Notes under the pieces: model-generated
The model's database searches: none
What the model was told of the DNA's origin: nothing
Seen by the model: only the letters and a program-made list of their open reading frames with translations
Shown here: one piece after another, positions 46,886-54,300 of the stretch
How positions within the stretch are numbered: the first letter of the stretch is position 1
Layout: the number at the start of each line of letters is the position of its first letter
Translations under genes and position numbers: made by a program
Assembly: GCA_016931185.1 (NCBI GenBank)
Contig: JAFGFI010000018.1
Span: forward strand, 1,135 to 65,134
Source of the DNA: Anaerolineae bacterium
GTDB lineage: Bacteria; Chloroflexota; Anaerolineae; B4-G1; SLSP01
Length of the DNA stretch: 64,000 nucleotides
Direction: 5' to 3'

Positions 46886-47722
46886 ATGAGAGACCCCACC
46901 CTTATCAGTAGTTCAGGTAGTTTTCCCGTTGAGCTGATTTTGCTGTTATTTGTCCTCCTCGGTATTATTGGATTGACCATCTGGATCACGCGTTATTTCA
47001 ATCAACAACGCTCAAAACCCAATGTTGAAAATCAAGAACCCCAGGGGGAATTATCCAACCCGGCGTACACACCCTCACTATTGTTGACCCTGGACCATTC
47101 TGCAGCAGAGCAATGGGATATCCTCATCCAGGGAAAGCGCTATCGCACACTTGAAGAAGTCCCAGATGATACGGTACGGCGCGAGGTTGTGGCCGGGTTG
47201 CGCCAGTTGGCCGGGTTTGCCCGGGGCTATTTGCGCTCGCAACAGGCTGCAACTGCCACCGGGCAAGCTGAGCTGGCACAGGAAGAACGCGCGGTTGTCC
47301 CACAATCCGCACCCTTCCCGCCGCGCCCGGCGCCAGTAGGAAACACAGCCCCTACATCTCCACCGATCCAAGAGTCTGTATCCGGCAGATTGCCGATACA
47401 GTCTATTGCTCAGCGCATCTCCGCACAGACGGGGACATTATCTACCCAGCGATTTGATGAACAAGACCGGCTGCGGACCCCTAACCGGCCTGCCGATTTA
47501 ATGCCCACCATCGACCTGGCAAGAGAGATCGGGGACATCGTCAATGAAATGATCGCGCTCAAACCCGAACTGGCCGGGCGATCTATTCGCTTACAAAATG
47601 CTCCTGGCGGCGGCATCAATTTTGCCATTGATGGGCAAGTATACGCAGATGTAGACCATATTCCTGATCCTAACATCCAAGCTTTGATCCGCGCGGCTAC
47701 CAAGGAGTGGGAACGGAGATAA
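46886..47722 (+). CDS. Hypothetical membrane-anchored Pro/Gln-rich protein
   Basis: 278-aa ORF with one N-terminal TM (VELILLLFVLLGIIGLTIWI). No recognised domain. Confidence 0.45.
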   Translation: MRDPTLISSSGSFPVELILLLFVLLGIIGLTIWITRYFNQQRSKPNVENQEPQGELSNPAYTPSLLLTLDHSAAEQWDILIQGKRYRTLEEVPDDTVRREVVAGLRQLAGFARGYLRSQQAATATGQAELAQEERAVVPQSAPFPPRPAPVGNTAPTSPPIQESVSGRLPIQSIAQRISAQTGTLSTQRFDEQDRLRTPNRPADLMPTIDLAREIGDIVNEMIALKPELAGRSIRLQNAPGGGINFAIDGQVYADVDHIPDPNIQALIRAATKEWERR

Positions 47723-47723
47723 A

Positions 47724-49139
47724 TTGTCACGTAAACAGTATCATATTTGGACGATTGGCTGTCAAATGAATGTAGCCGACTCACAACGTGTAGCGGCGGG
47801 ATTGGAACGATTGGGCTATACGCCCGCAACACGCATTAAAGATGCGGACATTATCATTCTTAATACCTGTGTCGTGCGCCAACAACCGGAAGATAAGGCT
47901 GTGGGACGATTAACACAGCTCAAACCCTGGAAAGAGCGTCATCCCGAGGGTATCCTAGCCTTGATGGGATGCATGGTAGGCACGCGAGAGGCCAATACGC
48001 TCCGGGAGCGCTTCCCATGGGTAGATCTCTTCCTTCCGCCCTCCGATCCTACAGAACTGTGGGCCACGTTGGCCGAGCAAGGCCATCTTAGTGAGGCTGA
48101 AACTCTGATCGCCGATGCGGAAGCGCGCCGCCTGGCCTTAAGCCGGGTAGACACCGTGCTACCTCTATCTGAAGAAGGACAGGTCGTCAGCACTTACATC
48201 CCCATTGTGTTAGGTTGCTCTCACGCCTGTACCTATTGCGTAATTCCTTACCGTCGGGGCGCGGAGCGGAGCCGCCCTCCTGACGTAATCCTGGCAGAAG
48301 CCGCGCAAATGGCCGCGCAGGGCGTCAAAGAAATCACATTGCTAGGGCAGATCGTGGATCGTTACGGTTATGATCTGCCAATGTTTGAGAATACCAAGGA
48401 ACCTCCCCTCGTCACCCTTCTGCGCGATATTCATGTTATTGACGGCCTGGAACGCATCCGTTTCCTCACCAGCCATCCTAACTGGATGCGCGACGATCTG
48501 TTGTGTGCCGTCGCGGACCTGCCCAAAGTCTGCGAGCATATCGAAGTTCCCATCCAAGCCGGGGATGATGAGGTATTGGCCAGGATGCGGCGCGGTTACA
48601 CCGTTGCTGACTATCGCCAATTGGTGGCGCGCATCCGCGAGTTTATCCCCGGCGCGTCCATTGCGACGGACATTATTGTAGGATTCCCCGGTGAAACCGA
48701 ACGTCAATTCCGGCACACCTATGACTTACTGGCAGAGCTGCGGCTGGATAAAGCCCACATCGCGCGCTACTCCTCGCGCCCGCGCACCGTTGCCACGCGC
48801 CAGTTCCAAGATGATGTCCCCGAAGCAGAAAAAGAACGCCGCCGCAAAGCCCTGGATGAACTACAATCCGGCATCTTAGCCGGCCTGAACGCGCGGTACC
48901 TGGATCAAACCGTACCTGTGCTGGTGGAGGGCAAACACACGCGGAAGGACCGGTGGTTCGGACGCACCCGTACCGACCGGCTGGTGTTCTTCGCTTCTGA
49001 GGACAACTGGCTCGGATATACAGCGCGCGTGCGTATCACTTGGACCGGGCCGTGGTCTCTGATCGGTGAATTGGATACTGAAGACCAGGGGCAAGATTCC
49101 GGTTCGCTGATGAGTGCTTGTAGTTCTGAAGCACTGTAA
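47724..49139 (+). CDS. miaB: tRNA-2-methylthio-N6-dimethylallyladenosine synthase
   Basis: TIGCQMNVADS N-terminus and radical-SAM CSHACTYCVIPYRRG. TTG start preceded by GGAG. Confidence 0.9.
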   Translation: MSRKQYHIWTIGCQMNVADSQRVAAGLERLGYTPATRIKDADIIILNTCVVRQQPEDKAVGRLTQLKPWKERHPEGILALMGCMVGTREANTLRERFPWVDLFLPPSDPTELWATLAEQGHLSEAETLIADAEARRLALSRVDTVLPLSEEGQVVSTYIPIVLGCSHACTYCVIPYRRGAERSRPPDVILAEAAQMAAQGVKEITLLGQIVDRYGYDLPMFENTKEPPLVTLLRDIHVIDGLERIRFLTSHPNWMRDDLLCAVADLPKVCEHIEVPIQAGDDEVLARMRRGYTVADYRQLVARIREFIPGASIATDIIVGFPGETERQFRHTYDLLAELRLDKAHIARYSSRPRTVATRQFQDDVPEAEKERRRKALDELQSGILAGLNARYLDQTVPVLVEGKHTRKDRWFGRTRTDRLVFFASEDNWLGYTARVRITWTGPWSLIGELDTEDQGQDSGSLMSACSSEAL

Positions 49140-49200
49140 AGACAGGATATCCCAGGCGGTAACTGCTTCCGTCAAAACCCGGGCAAAAGAGTCATTACAG

Positions 49201-49238
49201 GTCAAACGTCAAACTTCAAGTTTGACGTTTGACGTTTC
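49201..49238 (+). terminator. Perfect 14-bp hairpin downstream of miaB (member of the ACGT-core repeat family)
   Basis: GTCAAACGTCAAAC ttcaa GTTTGACGTTTGAC followed by GTTTC. Confidence 0.5.
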
Positions 49239-49290
49239 ATTCCGTGGTATACTATGCCTATTGATAACATCTATGCAAGGAGCATATCCA

Positions 49291-50646
49291 ATGAATACTG
49301 CCCCAATGAACATTGGCCCAATGAATATTGGCATAGTCGGTGCAGGCGTGACCGGCTTAACCGCCGCTTATGATTTACTCAAAATGGGACACAGTGTAAC
49401 CGTCTACGAAGCCCGCCCCTACGTCGGCGGGTTGGCTGCCGGTTTCAAGGACCCGGCCTGGGAGTGGCCTTTGGAACGTTTCTACCATCACATCTTCGCC
49501 AGTGATAAGGATATTATCGGCTTACTCAACGAACTCGGTATCGGTGACCGGCTTTACTTTCCCAGTTCTATAACTTCCATCTACTACAAGGGTGAAATCT
49601 ACCCCATGACGCGGGAGCAGGGCGGGTTGATGGGGATTGTCCTGCAGGTGTTATCGTTTAAACCCCTATCCTTCTTCAACCGGCTGCGCTTTGGCGCAGT
49701 GAGCGCGTATATCCGCTATACCCCTTTCTGGAAGTCCCTGGAGCGCGTCACCGCGCACGAGTGGCTGCAAAAGATGGTGGGGAAACAAGCTTACGAAGTC
49801 TCCTGGCAACCGCTCTTAGAGGGTAAATTTGGCCCCTACTATAAGCAGGTGAATATGGCGTGGTTCTGGGCGCGCCTGGCTGCCCGCACTCCCCAATTAG
49901 GCTATTTTGAGGGGGGCTTCCAGGGTATCCTGGATTCGCTGGCGGATAAGGTGCGTATTATGGGCGGTGAGATTCGATTGGAAACTCATGTCCGGGGAAT
50001 TCACCCGGAGGGAGGGACAGCCGGAGACCGTGCCCAGACTGGCATCCGCCTCGAACTGGGGACGGGCAATGTAGTCCATGATCGCGTGCTGGCGACATGC
50101 TCCCCCGAAATGTTGAAAGAGCGCACGCCCGCGCTGCCTGCTTCCTACACGGCAGGATTGGATAAACTTAAGTCAATGGGCGCGGTAGTATTGGTACTCG
50201 CGGTCAAGCAATCGGTGACCGGCGGGCACTACTGGATTAATATTCCCAAGCGCGAGGGGTTCCCTTTCCTGGCCTTTGTGGAACATACCAACTATGTGGA
50301 TAAGCAACACTATGGAGGCGATACTATTATTTTCTGCGGTGATTATTTGCCCCAGGGACACGCTTACTTTGATATGTCGCCGGAGGAGATACTCGACGCC
50401 TTCCTCCCAGGTATCCAACGGCTGAATCCCGCCTTTGACCGTTCCTGGATTCGCAATTACTGGAAATTCAGCGAGATCTACGCCCAGCCTGTGCCCTTTG
50501 TCAATCATTCCACCAACATCCCGCCTTTACAAACCCCGATTCCCAATTTATACATGGCAAACATGAGCCAGGTCTACCCGTGGGATCGCGGCAGCAATTA
50601 CGCGGTCGAGATGGGACGGCGCGTGGCAAGATTGATGGGACGGTAG
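49291..50646 (+). CDS. FAD-dependent amine-oxidase/desaturase-fold oxidoreductase
   Basis: IGIVGAGVTGLTAAYDL dinucleotide-binding motif. AAGGAG lies 9 nt upstream of ATG 49291. The track ORF starts at 49114 inside the miaB tail. Confidence 0.75.
   Translation: MNTAPMNIGPMNIGIVGAGVTGLTAAYDLLKMGHSVTVYEARPYVGGLAAGFKDPAWEWPLERFYHHIFASDKDIIGLLNELGIGDRLYFPSSITSIYYKGEIYPMTREQGGLMGIVLQVLSFKPLSFFNRLRFGAVSAYIRYTPFWKSLERVTAHEWLQKMVGKQAYEVSWQPLLEGKFGPYYKQVNMAWFWARLAARTPQLGYFEGGFQGILDSLADKVRIMGGEIRLETHVRGIHPEGGTAGDRAQTGIRLELGTGNVVHDRVLATCSPEMLKERTPALPASYTAGLDKLKSMGAVVLVLAVKQSVTGGHYWINIPKREGFPFLAFVEHTNYVDKQHYGGDTIIFCGDYLPQGHAYFDMSPEEILDAFLPGIQRLNPAFDRSWIRNYWKFSEIYAQPVPFVNHSTNIPPLQTPIPNLYMANMSQVYPWDRGSNYAVEMGRRVARLMGR
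49302..49331 (+). repeat. Tandem 15-nt duplication at the 5' end of the oxidoreductase gene
   Basis: CCCAATGAACATTGG CCCAATGAATATTGG, encoding PMNIG-PMNIG. Confidence 0.7.
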
Positions 50647-51044
50647 GCAGATCTGTATCTATCATCAGAGTTCGCGGATCGAACTGTTACTCCCCAATAG
50701 CCGCCGCCGATGACTGAGACGGCCCCTTGCCATTGCGGCGGAGATTACGGACCACTAATGGTCCATTGTGGAACTACTCTGGTATCACGTCCCGCAGCCG
50801 CCATGCTTGCCTAGACGGCGGGGGCGCTCTTCCCAAGCTTTCTTGGCGCTCAAAAAGCAGTGGCTGAGTTAACCATGGTTCCTGTGATACTACCAGTGAA
50901 TGCAATTTGCATTTTATTTAAATACTATCTATAATAAAAAGTAAAGTGCCCCCACCATAACGGAAGCAGTTACCCGATCAGGTGGCATCAACACCGAATC
51001 GAACCCTTAGCTATTATGGCTAAAAAACATCTAATATAATCACA

Positions 51045-51081
51045 ACACGCCGCCTGGTCAATAACGAACTAGGCGGCGTGT
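51045..51081. other. 11-bp GC-rich hairpin in the island junction
   Basis: ACACGCCGCCT (15-nt loop) AGGCGGCGTGT. No adjacent U-tail on the plus strand. An A-run lies about 17 nt upstream, which is a T-run on the minus strand. Confidence 0.35.
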
Positions 51082-51385
51082 CACATTGATAGAAGATTGT
51101 TTAATTTGATATCGTCCCATATTGTGGTTTAGACTGATATTGCACCTGAGCAAGTAAGGTAGGAAAAGATTCTCCACACTATTAAAGATAACGAGAACTA
51201 TCGGCAGATACAAGGCAAATATCCATGGTTTAGATTTCACGCACTCAATAGTTTGGCGGGGCGAGTGGCAGTGACTTGGCAACGAAGGAACGTAGGTCAT
51301 TATGTAACTCAAGCTCAAAAACTTTACTCCCCTTCCCTTTCAATGATAGGGTGACAACTTGAATTATGTATCAACAAGGAGGGAT

Positions 51386-54300
51386 ATGATGGTCAACATT
51401 AATGCAGCGAGTAAAGAACAGTTAGTTAAGCTGGCGGGAATTGGTGAGGCAAAAGCTGAAAAGATCATAACTTTTAGAGAATCTGGTGGTATCATTAACA
51501 ATATCGAAGAACTAAGGAAAATCGCTGAAGTGCAACCGCATTACTTGGCGGCACTAGAGGCAGAAATTGATTTTCATTTAGATGAAAACTCTGATAGTTT
51601 GTCTTTTATAACTGCACGGCCTTCACTTGACCTAATATCCAAACCACAAATATCTTCCGTGTTCCCAACTGATCCCTACACACCCGTAAAACCTTTGCCA
51701 TTACCTCTCTTTGGTGCCTATCAATTCACAGTGAATTTTGAGAGAATGAATAATTGCCCATTGCCCGATCTTTCAGGATATCAGTTGCTGGTAGGATATC
51801 GCATTGGTAATGTCATCACGGAATCCAAAACCCATATTCGGGAACGGACAAAAACTTATAATCTTGGTAAAAAACCTGCAATTACTATCAGTATCCCTAA
51901 ACCATTCTTGCCGGCTGCTTTTTTGGAGAATGAATTTGAACTTATTTTGTTATCTCCCGAAGAGATTACGGTATACCGTTCGTCTTTTGAGATTGATGAG
52001 GGCGATCAAGTAACAATTGGTGTCCCGCTCTATGGACAACAAACATTGGAAATTACCTGGAATAAGAATGTCGATTACAGAGGTCTCTCTTTAGAGTTAG
52101 CGTATTCGATGAATAGAGGCGCTTCAGGGATAATCGAAAGCACAAAGTCTTTTGAGTTAGGAGGAGAAGAATCTCTACAAGTTGAGTTTGATACATTTGG
52201 GCAAGTGGAAAAGCTCAGTGTTGCAGTTTACTCTAATGAAGGAATTCTTGTTTATCACAGCAAATCTACTTGGGCGGAATTGGGGGGCACAGGAAATGCA
52301 AAAAGCATAAAATGTAAGCTACCAATGCCTGAGGAAATTATATTCAATGTATCGCTTGGGCAAGGTTTATACCAAGATCATCAATTGGTGGCTAACTTTT
52401 ATATACTCGATGAAAAGACACTTTCAACCATCTGTCAGATAGAAGAAAACTATTCGATTACCTCGGAGGGGAAGTCTAAAGTTAAACTGGCTCATTACGG
52501 GCTTGTCAAAGAAATTACACTGACAGTTTATGCTCCTGCGGGGGAAGTTATTGGTAAAAAGACAATAATAAATACAGATTGGAGCGATGGAGGCACAATT
52601 ACAATTGATGCGCCACCGCGTCAACGTGCTGGGGGCAGTGGGCTTGATGAAACGCTTCCTAACCGCCCGAAAAAGACTACAGGACGGGCTATTGACGTAA
52701 GAGGGAAGAAAAAGCTTGAGGGTATTCAGATCATAATCTATGCTTCAAAAGTTCCAAACCCGCAAGAGGCAGATTATGTGCCTCTGTTAGTGCTTCAAAC
52801 CGAGACGGACGGATATTTCTTGTTTGATACGCCAATAGGGTATTATGAGAAAGCGTATGCTATGGTAGGAACACCCAAAAAGGGCGAAGCTGAGAAAGGT
52901 GTATGTAAAGTTGATATCTGTCTTGAACCGGACTTTGTAGAAAAACTCCAACAAGGTGGCCCTCCTAAGAAAGTTGAAAAAAAATTCTTCCCGGGGCGCT
53001 TGCTTTTGGTTATTGATGCTGAATCTGAGTCGCATGGCAAGGATGGGGGCGATTGCGACGATTGCAAAGACTTGAATTTTCATCGTCACAAAGCAGTCGT
53101 AGATGAATTCTCATACTATACAGTGGTTCGAACCACTGAACCTGACATTCAAGGGTATACATTGGAAGAGGATGGGGATGTAACTCTCCAAAAAGTCTTG
53201 GAAGTTGCACCTATCGTTGGGGAAGATGCGAACAGCATACCTCTTGCTATGCGATTTCAGCCAGTGCGTCGCTCCATATTGAATAAATATGTGAATGACC
53301 GGCGAGGTTTGACACTAACAACATTGAAAAAAGCATTGGCAGAAAGTAATGCACGGAAATTGCGGGAACTTATTAAGCCAACGCGCCGCCATCAAACACC
53401 AGGAAGGCACACGTTAGATTTAGATCATGCTATTGATTGGGATAAAGACCCCACTATTTATCAAGCTACAACAATCGCTCATGGCCACTTACTGCACTAT
53501 AAGCAGGAGTGGAAGAACAACGGGTTCGGCATAGGAGATTTGCTCTACAGTTTACCGCTTGCTCCCGGGCAGCAAAAACAAATTGTAGTATTTGACTGGG
53601 AACGCCGTGATTCAGCAAGCCGCAGCGAATCTCTCGATTACCAAGAGAGTCTCTACAATTCCTTAACTCGTGATCGTGATGTAAACGAGATTGTTACGGG
53701 GGTCTTGCGTGAAAGTGTGCGCGGCGGGTCAACAGCTAAAACATCGTCTCGTTCCGGGGGATTGGGTATTGCCGCCATTTCTGGCTCAGTAGGGGGGCTG
53801 TTGGGGATTGCAGGCGGTTCAAGTAAGTCTAGTTCCACTGCTTGGCAAGACTCTTCTCGCAATACAGCATTGCAGGACATGCAACAAATTCGTGACCGGA
53901 CCGTTCAGTCGGCGAACTCGGTCCGTAGTCTGCGTAGCACTGTGGTGACCACGGCAACTCAAGGTGAACGCTTCTCGGTGGAAACAGAGGTTATTGCGAA
54001 TTATAATCACTGTCATTCACTCACAATGCAATACTTCGAAGTATTGCGGCATATGCAAGTTGAAGTACGACTTTCATCAGTGCAAGAGTGTCTATTCATT
54101 CCTTTGATAATGTCGTCTTTTGATCACCAAAAGATTTTACGTTGGCGCGAACCCCTTGCCGGATACATACTTGATGAACAGCTACGCTGTGGCTTTGATG
54201 CAATAGGGCGGATCGAAAACGATTATGAGGGAAGTGACTTGCCTGAAGGTATGTATGCAGAAGATGAAATTGAATACTGGTCTGGTGATTTATATATCAA

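Noticed and set aside
1384-50508. Numerous 60-230-aa ORFs in the track nested inside or antisense to the large genes (for example 2375..3076, 12255..12902, 34445..34951, 41281..41847).
   Set aside because: They are shadow ORFs typical of GC-richer coding regions. Their translations are Arg/Ser/Pro/Cys-rich with no motifs, and each overlaps a gene with clear family signatures.
50700-50790. CTGAGA plus a GGACCActaaTGGTCC hairpin, reminiscent of a TPP riboswitch core.
   Set aside because: The remaining conserved THI-box elements (ACCTGATCTGGATAATGCCAGCG-like) are absent, and there is no thiamine-related gene downstream.
50985-51005. tRNA/tmRNA-like GGGTTCGATTCGG on the minus strand near the island edge, a possible tRNA-derived att site.
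   Set aside because: The flanking bases do not form a T-stem (AAGGG versus CGGTG). No acceptor stem or CCA context could be built, so there is no support for a tRNA or fragment.
51058-51318. 86-aa minus-strand ORF in the island junction.
   Set aside because: It has no RBS and no recognisable domain, and it lies in an AT-rich region where random ORFs are common. It is more likely non-coding, although a small membrane protein cannot be excluded.
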